Below are positions 21,009 to 31,863 of a DNA stretch of 64,000 bases, piece after piece. The notes below the pieces were generated by a model. That model was given only the letters and a program-made list of their open reading frames with translations, was not told where the DNA came from and searched no databases. The stretch's first letter is position 1. Every line of letters starts with the position of its first letter. The stretch is taken from the NCBI GenBank assembly GCA_963819655.1, contig CAWFXA010000001.1, positions 448,001 through 512,000 on the forward strand, in the 5' to 3' direction. This stretch comes from an uncultured Chloroflexia bacterium (lineage in GTDB: Bacteria > Chloroflexota > Limnocylindria > Limnocylindrales > CSP1-4). The position numbers were made by a program, and so were the translations under genes.

Positions 21009-22597
21009 GTCACCTTGCTGCCGCAGTAGCGGCACGGAACAAATCGATGGGCACGCTCGCCGGGTCCCGACGCAAGGCTCATCAAGGACATCGCGGGCGC
21101 GCCGCCGGCGAGCTGGGCAGGATCCCCGAGCGCGATGGCCATCGGACCACCGGTCGCTGACATCGTCGTGGCTCCGGTCATCGTCGGTGTCGGCGCGAGG
21201 ACGCGGGATGGTCGGGTCACCAGCCGTCGGATGCGGCTGCCAGCCGCGCGCACGCGGCGGGCGACTGCCCGAACCAGGTTCACCGGAAGGAGCAGGAGCG
21301 TCACGACCGCATGGCCGATCCGCCGCAGCCCGCGTCGACCGGCTCGACCGACGGGACGTCCACCGGCCAGGACCAGGGCGATCGCCACGCTGAGACCGGT
21401 GCCCAGCACGAACACGGCGTCGACGTAGCTCACCACCGGCAAGCGGGCGCTCTGGTCGCGCGACAGGACGAGCGGTGTCGAGACCGGGAACCCGGGGGGA
21501 TGCTCGACGAGCGCCGTGTAATTGCCACGCGGCAACGCGCTGATGGTGGCCGACGCCCGCTCGTCGAGTGGGACACTCTCGGTCGACCCGTTCGGGTGCA
21601 CGAGCCGGACCGATGTCCCGATCGGATAGCCAAACAACGCGTCCTGCCCGGAGAACGTCAGCGAGTAGAGCAGAAGCGGGACCACCCATGTATCGATGGC
21701 GCCGTCCGGCGAGAAGTGCAGCCGGCCACGATCGACGACGTTCGAGCCGCGGACGCCGACCTCCTGGAGCCGGTACTCGATCGGTACCGAGCTCAGCTGA
21801 CCGCCGACACGCATGATCCGGTTCTCGATCAGCCAGGTCGGCTCCAACGCACTTGGTTGCAGGACCTCTCCACGGTCATTCGCGATGAGCAGCGACTCGA
21901 TGCGCCCTGGGTCGACGGGCGCGCCCGTGGAGTCGACGAAGCCGAACTCGACAAGGTGTTTGCGCTCCAGCCCGATGACCAGGTCCGATCGGCCCGGCAA
22001 CCTGATCGAACGCGTCGTGTCACGGCTGCCGTCACCCCATCGATCGAACGTGAGCTCCCGTTTGGGTTCCGCGGGAGGCAGGATGACGTCCAGCTCGTAC
22101 CGGCGGACCTCCGGGATCGGGATCCTGATCGTCCCGTCCGCCCCGGTCGACAATGGGCTGCCGCGGTCCACCCGGAGAAGCGGCAGACCGGCGATCGCGG
22201 GCACCGTCCGCACCGTGAACGTGGCCGGGATGACGTGGAGTGTCACGGGGGCGCTCACGCTCGCAAGGAGGTCCGCGGTCCCCCGGAAGACCGCCTGGAT
22301 CTGGTAGTCGCCAGCATCCAGGTCGCGTGCCAGCACGGTCGTCGCCTCGCCCTTGACGTCGGTGACGACGCGCATCGTCTGGCGCCCGTCGAGCTGGACC
22401 TGCACGGCCGCACCGGCGACCGGGCCGGCCGAGCCGGTCAGGCGGACCATCACGGTCGGGTGCACCCCGACGGTGATGGACGAGTCCAGGTCCATCGTCA
22501 GAGATGTGGGGGTAGCGGCTTGCACCGACATCGGGCCAAAAAGCCAGGCCGTCAGCAGGCTCAGGCAGGCCGCGAGCCTGATCGACCGCCCGATCAT
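20957..22597 (-). CDS. Secreted or membrane Ig-like repeat protein with C-terminal TM and zinc ribbon
   Basis: Signal peptide from MIGRSIRLAACL; Ig-like beta segments; TM helix; CRYCG..LCRTCG. Confidence 0.6.
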   Translation of the reverse strand: MIGRSIRLAACLSLLTAWLFGPMSVQAATPTSLTMDLDSSITVGVHPTVMVRLTGSAGPVAGAAVQVQLDGRQTMRVVTDVKGEATTVLARDLDAGDYQIQAVFRGTADLLASVSAPVTLHVIPATFTVRTVPAIAGLPLLRVDRGSPLSTGADGTIRIPIPEVRRYELDVILPPAEPKRELTFDRWGDGSRDTTRSIRLPGRSDLVIGLERKHLVEFGFVDSTGAPVDPGRIESLLIANDRGEVLQPSALEPTWLIENRIMRVGGQLSSVPIEYRLQEVGVRGSNVVDRGRLHFSPDGAIDTWVVPLLLYSLTFSGQDALFGYPIGTSVRLVHPNGSTESVPLDERASATISALPRGNYTALVEHPPGFPVSTPLVLSRDQSARLPVVSYVDAVFVLGTGLSVAIALVLAGGRPVGRAGRRGLRRIGHAVVTLLLLPVNLVRAVARRVRAAGSRIRRLVTRPSRVLAPTPTMTGATTMSATGGPMAIALGDPAQLAGGAPAMSLMSLASGPGERAHRFVPCRYCGSKVTWRARLCRTCGRRLRKS

Positions 22598-24255
22598 CGT
22601 CGACCGACCCGGATGTGGCCGAAGGCCGCATTGAGGATGGTCGCTGCGGCGATGATGACGGCGAGGGCGTACGACGCGTAGATGAACTCGCGCCGGACGG
22701 GTGGGCGGTCCGGCGTCGCCGCGGACTGGGGAGCCGGCAACGAGCCCGAAACGGCGGATTGCACCTCGTAGATCTGGATGATGGGCGTTTCGATCGTCGT
22801 CCCGGACGCCGCGCCCGACAACGTCTGGACGTGCACGAGGCGGCCGTCGTAGCGACGCACGAGCTCCATGAGCTTGTCCGAGAAATGCGACGTCCGGGCG
22901 GCCGAGAACGCATCCCACACGAGGTAGCGGAACTCGCCCGTGCGGACGCTGAGATCTGCGTTGCGGATCGGCTCGTACGACGGATTCCGCTTCAACGGGT
23001 CAGGGCTCACGGACAACGCCCGGGTCGTTCGATGCCCGTAGAACTGGAGGATGTTGCCCATCGATGGACCGATCGTCATGAGCCGCGCCGACGCCGGCAA
23101 GTTCGTGTCGATCCACTGGCCCGCCTCGCGCCCTCCGGACACGCCCCCTCCCCCGGCCAGCACCTGGCCGGTCGCCGGGCCGAGGATCGTGAACGCAGAT
23201 TGGACGGCGAGTGACGCAGCGACGATCAGGACGGCGATGGCGCGCGGCTGACGGACGAGCTTCGGGACCCAGCGAGGCGCCTCGGGCACGCGCCGCGGAC
23301 GCCAGTCCACGAGCAACCGCGCCGCGAGGATGGCCACCACCGGCGCCGCCGGGAGGAGGTATTGGAACCCTTTCGTCGGCCACAGCTCGAAGAACGTGAC
23401 CGGGACAAAGACCCACGCGAGCAGGAGCCGGAGGCGCCAGTCGGCGTTCGAGCGGAATACCCACAGGCTGACCAGGGCGACGAGGAGGAGAAGCAGGCCG
23501 ACGGCCTGGGGGACCACGGTCGGATAGAAGAGGAGGTCGTGGTTGGGACGGCGGAGGAGCTGCCACACGAAATACTGCTGCGCCGTGCTCGCGCCACCTC
23601 CACCGGCGAGCGCCAGCGACAACGGGAAGCACGCGATGACCAGACCCATCGTCAGCATCGCGATCGCGAGATGGCGGAGCCGGACGAAGAGGTCGGGAAC
23701 CAACGCGAGGAACGCGTAGGTGGCAGCGATGAACACGATGGCCGTTTCCTTCGACAGGAATGCGAGCCCCAGGACGGCGCCTGCGGCGTACAGCCAGGCG
23801 TACCGATTCCCCTTTCCGAAGCGCGCAAGGCAGTACAACGTGAGCGTCGTCAGGAAAGTCAACGGCCCGTCGAGCAGGAACTGTCGCGTCACGATGACGT
23901 GGTAGGGCATCACCGCTATGAACAGCGCGGCCACAAGTCCGACCCAACGCCCGTACAGCAGAGACCCAAGCAGGTAGACCAGGACGATCGTCGCGAGGCC
24001 GATGATCGTCGCCGTGACCCGCGCCACTATGTCGCTGCCGTCGATGCTGAACGCGAGCGCCAGCGTCGTTTGGACCAGCAGCGGGTGCGCCCGGAAGATC
24101 GGGAAGAACGGCGCGAGCACGGTGTCGCCGGCGATCGACGCAGCCTGCCCCGAGTAGACGGCTTCATCGGAGTTCATCCCGACCGCGGTGAGGCCATACA
24201 GCCGCATGACGGCCGCGACCGCGACGATCAGGAACGGAGCGGCCCGACCGATCAC
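22594..24255 (-). CDS. ArnT/PMT-family (GT-C) glycosyltransferase
   Basis: NSDEAVY, HPLL and LAFLSKET motifs; multiple TM helices. Confidence 0.85.
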   Translation of the reverse strand: MIGRAAPFLIVAVAAVMRLYGLTAVGMNSDEAVYSGQAASIAGDTVLAPFFPIFRAHPLLVQTTLALAFSIDGSDIVARVTATIIGLATIVLVYLLGSLLYGRWVGLVAALFIAVMPYHVIVTRQFLLDGPLTFLTTLTLYCLARFGKGNRYAWLYAAGAVLGLAFLSKETAIVFIAATYAFLALVPDLFVRLRHLAIAMLTMGLVIACFPLSLALAGGGGASTAQQYFVWQLLRRPNHDLLFYPTVVPQAVGLLLLLVALVSLWVFRSNADWRLRLLLAWVFVPVTFFELWPTKGFQYLLPAAPVVAILAARLLVDWRPRRVPEAPRWVPKLVRQPRAIAVLIVAASLAVQSAFTILGPATGQVLAGGGGVSGGREAGQWIDTNLPASARLMTIGPSMGNILQFYGHRTTRALSVSPDPLKRNPSYEPIRNADLSVRTGEFRYLVWDAFSAARTSHFSDKLMELVRRYDGRLVHVQTLSGAASGTTIETPIIQIYEVQSAVSGSLPAPQSAATPDRPPVRREFIYASYALAVIIAAATILNAAFGHIRVGRR

Positions 24256-24284
24256 GCGACCGCTTTCATGACGCTGGGATGGTA

Positions 24285-27200
24285 TTAGTCGAACGTGACG
24301 ACGAGTTGCGGTCGGTTGCTGACTGTGGCCTCCCGTGAGGCCACCCCGAGACCATTGCTGGACTGGGCGACGAGCACGAAGCTGTACGTCCCGTCGCCGT
24401 TGACGACGGTGGTGACGGGGTACTCGACGAACGTGTTCTTGGAGACGCTGCCGAGGTCGCCCACGACGGTGCCAGCGGCGGGCTGGTTATTCCAGGTCAG
24501 CGTCGATTCGGTCCAGGCGCTCGATGTCGTCGCGAGCTGCGGAGCGTTCGGCGTGCTGTCGGTCACCCACAGCCGGACGACGGCGCTCTTGACCGTGCCG
24601 GTGATGCCCGTGGCCACGAACTTGAGGTACCCGCGCTGGGCGGGCGACGTGTCAGCGAAGATGTTGGTGCCGGTCCCGAAGTTGCTGTTGCCGCTCCCCG
24701 CCGCCGTGTAGGTGTCCTCGACCGCCACGAACGCGATCATGGTGGGTGTCGTGACGCTGGCTGGGGTACTCGGGGCGGACTGGTTCGCCAGATCCCTGGC
24801 CACGATCCGGTAGCTGTAGGTCGTACTCGGAGCGACGGTCGCGTCGGGGTAGTTGAGGGTCGTCCCCGAGACCGACGCGATGACCGTGCCGTCGCGCACG
24901 ACGTCGTAGCCGGTGACCGCCACGTTGTCGGTCGAGGCCGACCACGACACGTCCACGAGCGAGGTCGACGCGGCAACCGCGCTGACCCCCGTCGGCACGC
25001 TCGGCGCCTCGGTGTCCGGCGGCCCGGGCAGGTACGTGACGACGAGCTGAGGTCGGTTGGTCGCGGCGGTGACCTGACGCGAGGCCACCCCGTGGCCATT
25101 GCTGGATTGTGGAACAAGCACGAAGCTGTAGGTGCCGTTGCCGCTGATGGCGACGGTGGCGGGATACTCGATGAAGGTGTTCCTTGAGACGCTGCCGAGG
25201 TCGCTCACGACGGTTCCCGGCGCGGGCTGGTTGTTCCAGGTCAGGGCGGTTTCGGTCCAGGTGCTGGTCGTCGTGGCGAGCTGCGCGGCGTTCGACGTGC
25301 TGTCGGTCACCCACAGGCGGATCACTGCGTTCTGGACCGTGCCGCTGATACCGGTGGTCACGAACTTGAGGTACCCGCGCTGGGCGGGTGAGGTGTCAGC
25401 GAAGATGTTGGTGGCGCTCCCGTAGTTGGTGTTGCCGGTCCCCGCGTCGGTGTAGGTATCCGCGACAGCCACGAAGGCCACCGTGACGGGTACAGCCGGG
25501 GTCGTGACGCTCACGGCCGGGCTGCTCGGGGCGGACGGGTTGAGGCCGTCGGTGGCGACGATCTGGTAGCCATAGGTCGTGCTCGGGGTGACCGTCGCGT
25601 CGGGATAGGTCAGGGTCGTCCCCGAGACCGACGCGATGACCGTGCCGTCGCGCACGACGTCGTAGCCGGTGACCGCCACGTTGTCGGTCGAGGCCGACCA
25701 CGACACGTCCACCAGGGTCGGCGAGGCGGCCACGGCGCTGACCCCGGTCGGCACGCTGGGCGGCTCGGTATCGGACGCGGCCGGGGTCGTGACGAGGGAC
25801 GCGACGCTCGGAGCGGACTGGTTGCCGGCCAGATCCTTGGCCACGACCGTGTAGCTGTAAGTGGTCGACGCGGCGACCGTCGCGTCGGGGTAGGTCAGAG
25901 TGGTGTCGGACACCGACGCGATGACGACGTCGTCGCGCAGGACGTCGTAGCCGGTCACCCCGACGTTGTCGGTCGACGCCGTCCACGACACGTTGACGAG
26001 CGACGACGAGGCGGCCACCGCGCTGACGTCGGTCGGCACGCTCGGATCCTCGATATCGCCCGCGGCCGGCGTGGTGACGACCGACGCGATGCTCGGAGCG
26101 GACTGGTTGCCGGCCAGATCCTTGGCCACGACCGTGTAGCTGTACGTGGTCGACGCGGCGACCGTCGCGTCGGGGTAGGTCACGGTGGTCCCGGACACCG
26201 ACGCGATGATGACGTCGTCGCGCAGGACGTCGTAGCCGGTCACCCCGACGTTGTCGGTCGACGCCGTCCACGACACGTCGACGAGCGACGACGAGGCGGC
26301 CACCGCGCTGACGTCGGTCGGCACGCTCGGATCCTCGGTGTCGGGCGTTGGTTCGCCGACGTCGTAGGTCTGGACGTCGAAGCTCTGGCCGAGCGAGTTG
26401 ATCGGCTCCACGGTCACCTGGCTGCCGTCGACTGTCACCTTGAGGAAATGGATCACCTCGGCCGGCGAGCTCGGCGGCGTCGCCGCGCCGCAGGCGTTGC
26501 CGGTACTCGAGCTGTTGGACCAGCCGATCGCGTACGCGTCGATGGCCAGACACGGATCTTCGCCGACGGACTGCGTCTTCGCGCCGCCACCGCCGGTGAG
26601 GTAGGCGACCGTGCCGCCCGGATCCGCGAAGTTGCGCTGGTAGATGTGCGCGTGGCCGTTGAAGGCAAGCTTGACGTCGTACTGGTTGAGGAGGCCTTGC
26701 AATGAGTTCGGGCCGTGGAGGAAGGTGTCCGACGTCTCGTGCTTCTGGTCGGAATACAGCGGGTAGTGGAACGCAGCCATCTTGATCTGGTTCGGGTGGG
26801 CAGCGAGGTCCGCCTGGAGCCACTGGTACTGGGCGCTGCTCGGCGTCCATTGGTAGGCGGCGTCGACCTCGTACGGGTCGCTGTTGACGCCACCGTTCGA
26901 GTCGGACCACGCGGCCTGGAGGACGTAGATCCGCGTCCGCCCGGCATCGAAGGCATACCAGGTGCTCGGGAGGACCAGGGACTGCGGTCCCGAGCAGACA
27001 GCAGTACGTATCGCGCTGGTAGCGTCCGTTCGATTCGCTGACGGCGCGGTCCTGCGGCCAGTTCGTGAGATGGGGATGCGCCATGTCGTTGCGCAGGAAG
27101 CCGTGGTTGCCGATCGCCGGGTACATCGGGATGGATGAGCCGGCCACGGTCCAGAACTGCGGACCGAAGATCGCACTCAGCTCGGGGCCGACCTCGACGA

Positions 27201-28426
27201 GGTCGCCGTAGTTGCCCTGGCTGCCCGACGCGTAGGCGTTGTCACCGGTGGTCACGGCGAAGCTCACCCCACTCTGGGCGATGCGTTGCATGAGGTTCGC
27301 CTGGTCCGGGTTGCTCGACGACTCGTCGACCTGGCCCCAATCGCCGAGCACGGCGAACGAGAAGGGGGTCGTGGAACCGGTCGGCAGCAGCGTCCGGAAC
27401 CTCGGGCTGGGGTCGCTGCCCAGAAGGTCCGCACCGTCCAGGCGTGACCCGATAGCAGTACGCCTGATCCGGGAGGAGCGTGAGGTTGGCCTCCCATTGG
27501 TAGAGCGGGACGGAGTTCACCGTGATCGGTGTCCGCGCGCCCGCGACCGAGGTCGTCGGGGAGCACGATCCGTCGCCGGCGACAGCGCCCCACACGGCTG
27601 CCGCGATCGTGGACGACCGATCCGTCGCCCAGTTGATCGTCGCGTAGCCGGTCACGGCATCGGCTGAGTTCACGACGTCGGTGAGGTACGGATAGCGACG
27701 CAGCGACGCGGAGAACGCAGCGGTCGACAACGACGCCGTCGCGGCGTCGGTCCCGGACGACCTGGTTCCCGGGGAGGCCGCGGTCGCGCCGGCCGTCGTC
27801 GTCGTCTCGACCGGAGCCTCGTCCGATCGCCCCGACCGTAGGCCGGTGATGTCGACGGCCTCGACGGTGTAGATGCCCCGCGCCGAGTCCTTGCGCATGT
27901 CGATGAACGCGAGGGTGCCCGAGTTGACGGTCGCGACGTGCCGGTTACCGCGCCGGATCACGTACGCCGAGATGTCGGAATCGTCGTTGGAGCTCTGCCA
28001 GTCGACGAGCACGGAGCCGTCGGCCATCGCCACCGCATGGACATCCTCGGGAACGGTCGGTCGGTTGTGGTCCTGGCGTTCGGGAGGGCTGGGTGTCTTC
28101 ACACGGATCGCTGCCGTGGCTGCGGTCCCGCCAGGGCTGACCGCCTCGACGATATAGGTGTACCGGCGCCCTGCCAGGACCGTGGAGTCGTTGAAGGTGA
28201 ACGTGGCCGGGTTGACGGACGCTCGGACGGCGCCATCGCGGCGAACGTTGTACGAGGTGACGTCGGGGCTGCCGGGCTCCCACTCGAGGACGACCTCGGC
28301 GGACGTGATCGCCACCGCTCGGACGATCGGGGGCGCGCTCGGCGGCGTCGCGGCAGCAGCGGTCGGGATCGCCACCGCGACGGGCAGGGCGAGCAGAAAC
28401 GCGGCGACACGACGCCCGGCTTTCAT
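24285..28426 (-). CDS. Giant secreted purple-acid-phosphatase-like metallophosphoesterase with FN3 repeats and two DNRLRE/CBM96-like domains; apparent frameshifts near 27446 and 26985
   Basis: The three frames joined give signal peptide, FN3-like domains, GDWG / TGDNAY / AIGNHG / AFHYP / NGHAHIYQR metallophosphoesterase motifs, 4x W.ASTDNV.VTGY FN3 and 2x DTYT..RGYLKF. Confidence 0.8.
24760..26345 (-). repeat. Four near-identical FN3 coding repeats (adjacent copies offset 285 bp)
   Basis: Repeated PSVPT.VSAVAAS..LV.VSW.ASTDNV.VTGYDV.RD; DNA match at 25996 versus 26281. Confidence 0.88.
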
Positions 28427-28660
28427 CGGTCGAGAACGCCTGGTGACAGGACCAGGTGCTCGGCTGGCCGGCATGTGGCCGGGCACCAGCCGAGAGGGTG
28501 CACTAGGCGCGGTCTCCAACCCCCTTCGTGCATCGAGTGTCGTGGGCCATGGGTACTGCGTCAATGGGGTACCGATGACCCACGGGGCATCGATGCGGCG
28601 CGCACGCAGCGCGCTCGCGAACTTGCGGTGCACTCGCGCACCGAACCGGCTCGGATACCA

Positions 28661-30368
28661 TCAGTCGGCGCCCGCATCCCGCACGGCCGGGACGAGCTCC
28701 AGGGCCGCATCGCCGAGGATGATCTCGGGGATGAAGGGACGTTCCAGTGGCACGGGAACGGGTGTCGGCGCGGACGGCTGGTCGACGGTGCCCAGGTCCG
28801 ACCGGGACGAGGACAGGCCGCCTGATGATGGCTGGGAGTCGCTCTGCCCACTCGTGGCCAGGCACGCTCAGGTGCCATGACCGAGCGTCCGCGATCGCCG
28901 CTCCAAGAAGCTCGGCCTCGCGCTTCCTGAGGGCGGCATAGTCGTCGCCATTGATCCGGATGTGCGGTGCGAACAGGCTGAACGGCGGGAACCCGTAGGC
29001 GTCGTCCGTGTTCTCGATCAACCGTCGAACGGTCTCGTCGTCGGACAGCCGATCCTGTCGTTCCTCGCCGTGCTCCATGAGCACGATGGTGCGGATCGGG
29101 GCATGTCCTCCGACGGCACATTCGAAGAGCGAATCGATGCGATGCTTCGGCGGCGGGACCAGCGCCTGGACGATGGCGTTCATGGTCATGATCGGCAGGT
29201 TCCGCTTCCCGAGCGACTGGCCGGCCCGACGTCCCGACTTCGAGTGGAGCCGGCTCTGGATCGCGAGTGCCGCGCGATCGAAGGTCGTCAGCCGGCCGTC
29301 CTTCGCCACCCGCATCGTGTGGAACGAGAGCGTCATCGGCTTCGGGTAGCTGATCGCTTCACCGTGCGGGCCGACGATCGTCATGTCGTCCGACAGGAAC
29401 CGGTACTCACCGGTTCGCACGAGGGTGATGACCGTGCTCGTCTTGCCCGTGTCGGTCTGCGCCGACAGCAGCGTCGACCCGTGCTCGTCGGCGATCGCGG
29501 CCGAGTGCAGGAGCACGTAGCCCTTGGAGACGAGCAGGAACCGGAGCAGCGCCTCGACGATGTTCGTGTACACCACGTGCGGCGAGATGGCCAGCACGGG
29601 GCTCACCTTGATCTCGATCGGGTCGCCCATGCGGAGCGCGAAGTTCGCTGCCAGCGGACCGAGGTGCTCGCGATACACGAGATCGTCGCCGGTGTCCTCG
29701 AACTTCACGCGTCGCGTGGGCCGGGGCGAGACGAATCCGACGCGGATCCGGATGTCCGGTTTGCTGACGCGGTCGGTCCGGAAATAGGTGAGCTCGCGAA
29801 GCACCACCGCTGACTCGATCGAGAGGATCCCGCCGATGTCGTACGCATAGCGTGCCGCGGCCTCCACCGTTCGGGCAGGCACGGCGACGGTCCCCTCGGC
29901 TGACGCCGCCGCGACTGGCGATCCGCCCCACAGCCAGCGGTGCGAGACGGCGAGGCGAACCACGAAGAATGCGACGAGCGTGACCAGGTTCGAGAGCGCG
30001 TAGCTGACGTGGACGAACTCGGTCAGCATCCAGAGGAACGGGATCCGTAGCACCAGCAAGGCGGCGTTCAGCCCGAGGAAGCCGATGTACCGGTCGCGCA
30101 GTGAGCTGGTCGGTCGGCGTGCGTCGAAGGCCCACCGCTCGATCCACAGGAAGTTCCAGGTCGATGACCCGACCGTGGCGATCGCGGCGGACACGATGTA
30201 GAAGACGGCCAGCAGCTCGGTGACCGCGATCAGCAATACCTGGTTGACGGCGACGCCCGACGCGCCGACGACCGTGAACCTGACCCACTCACGGAAGTGG
30301 GTGCGATCGGTCGACAGGACCCCAAGCCCGCCGGCTCCCCCGGTGCGGGCATCATCAGTTCTATTCAT
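28661..30368 (-). CDS. GtrA-family membrane domain fused to an HPr-kinase-like P-loop domain; probable frameshift near 28823
   Basis: N-terminal RFTVVGASG..VN..WNF...RWAF (GtrA); C-terminal LLHSAAI..LLSAQTDTGKT..FLSDD. An alternative frame ends at TGA 28661-28663, whereas the track ORF runs on to 28503. Confidence 0.75.
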
Positions 30369-31014
30369 CGCGCGCTCGTCTTTCTGTCGAAGGTCTGGGT
30401 CACCTGCAAAGAGCCGGTGGGTCAGCGCAAGCGCTCACCACCGGTGCCGGGACTCCAGTCGGCAGGACCAGCGCGCGGATGACAGCCGAGGAAGGACTCG
30501 CTCGTCGGGATCGCTCGGAACGAAGCCCGACGACGACCAACGCCCACGACGAGACGTCGGAACGCGCACATCCGCATGGCCATATATCTCCCCCTGGCCT
30601 GGGTGGACGCGAGGTCCCCGGCCGGTAGGTCCCTCCCTACGCGGCGTGCGTCAACGACCCAGGTCTAGTCCGTCCCCCCGTGATCGGCACGTCGACGCGA
30701 TGACGCGCGACGAAACATCCCCTACCGATCACAGAGCGACGCGATCGCTCCCCCAAAGCCCCCCGGCTTGGCGCGTGGAAACAGACTCGGCTGGCCGCGG
30801 TGCGGCTCGATGCCGGCGTCTCATCTCGTCAATGCGATGCGTCCGAGCGCGCCCCCCGGGCCCCGCCTACGGACTGTCGATATAGCGCCGTTAACCGTAC
30901 GGAATCACTACTTAACTAGCCCGCACCTCACAAAGCAATACCAGGGAGGTCGCGCGCGGGACAAATCGGAGAATGAGCGGTGCGACGGCGCACCAGAGGG
31001 CCCTCTCGGCGCTT

Positions 31015-31863
31015 TTACTCGGCCGATCGGCCTTCCGGATCGGCCTGGGCGGCGGAGCCGGCGAGGCGTTCGTCGTAGCGCTGGTCGCGCCAGGCCAGGG
31101 CTGCCTTGAGGCCCTCCGACCGGACGATCGCGTCGAATTCGCGGGCGGTCTCGCTCATGTTGATGAACGCCTGGAGGTCGAGGCCCATCTCGACCGCCGC
31201 GGCGAAACCCGCGGCATCCATCGCCCGATTGAGCATCAGCTTCGTCGGCGCCATGACATCCGGCGGCACGCGGGCCAACCGGTCGGCAAGGTCATCGACT
31301 TCGTCGTCCAACCGGTCGCGGGCGACCACCCAATTCACCAGACCGATCCGATGCGCCTCGGCCGCATCGATGAGGTCACCGGTCATGAGCAGCTCGCGCG
31401 TCTTCTTCTGCCCGATGAGAAACGGCATCAGCAGCGTGACCGGTGCCGAGCCGAACCGGATCTCGGGCTCCCCGAGCTGGGCGTCGTCGGCCGCGACGAT
31501 GAGGTCGCAGGCCATCGCCAGCTCGAGCCCGCCGGCCAGGGCATAGCCATGGACCTGGGCGATGACCGGTTTCGGGCACGACCAGACCGCCAGGGTGGCG
31601 CCAACGTCCCGCGCAAGGACGTCGCGCCAGGCCCACGCCGTCGGCGGAGCCGCCTCGGAAAGGTCATAGCCGGCGCTGAACGCCCGACCCGCTCCGGCGA
31701 TGGCGATGACCCGGACGCGCTCATCGTCGGCGGCCGCGGCGATCGCCGCCGTGAGGTCGTCGATCAGCTCGGCGGACAGGGCGTTGAGCTTCGCGGGACG
31801 GTTGAGGATCAGCCGGACACCCCACCCGGTCGTCTCCGTGAGCAGAACCGGTTCATCGGCCAT
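31015..31863 (-). CDS. Enoyl-CoA hydratase/isomerase family
   Basis: LNRPAKLNAL, AFSAGYDL and PKPVIAQVHGYALAGGLELAMACD motifs. Confidence 0.92.
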   Translation of the reverse strand: MADEPVLLTETTGWGVRLILNRPAKLNALSAELIDDLTAAIAAAADDERVRVIAIAGAGRAFSAGYDLSEAAPPTAWAWRDVLARDVGATLAVWSCPKPVIAQVHGYALAGGLELAMACDLIVAADDAQLGEPEIRFGSAPVTLLMPFLIGQKKTRELLMTGDLIDAAEAHRIGLVNWVVARDRLDDEVDDLADRLARVPPDVMAPTKLMLNRAMDAAGFAAAVEMGLDLQAFINMSETAREFDAIVRSEGLKAALAWRDQRYDERLAGSAAQADPEGRSAE

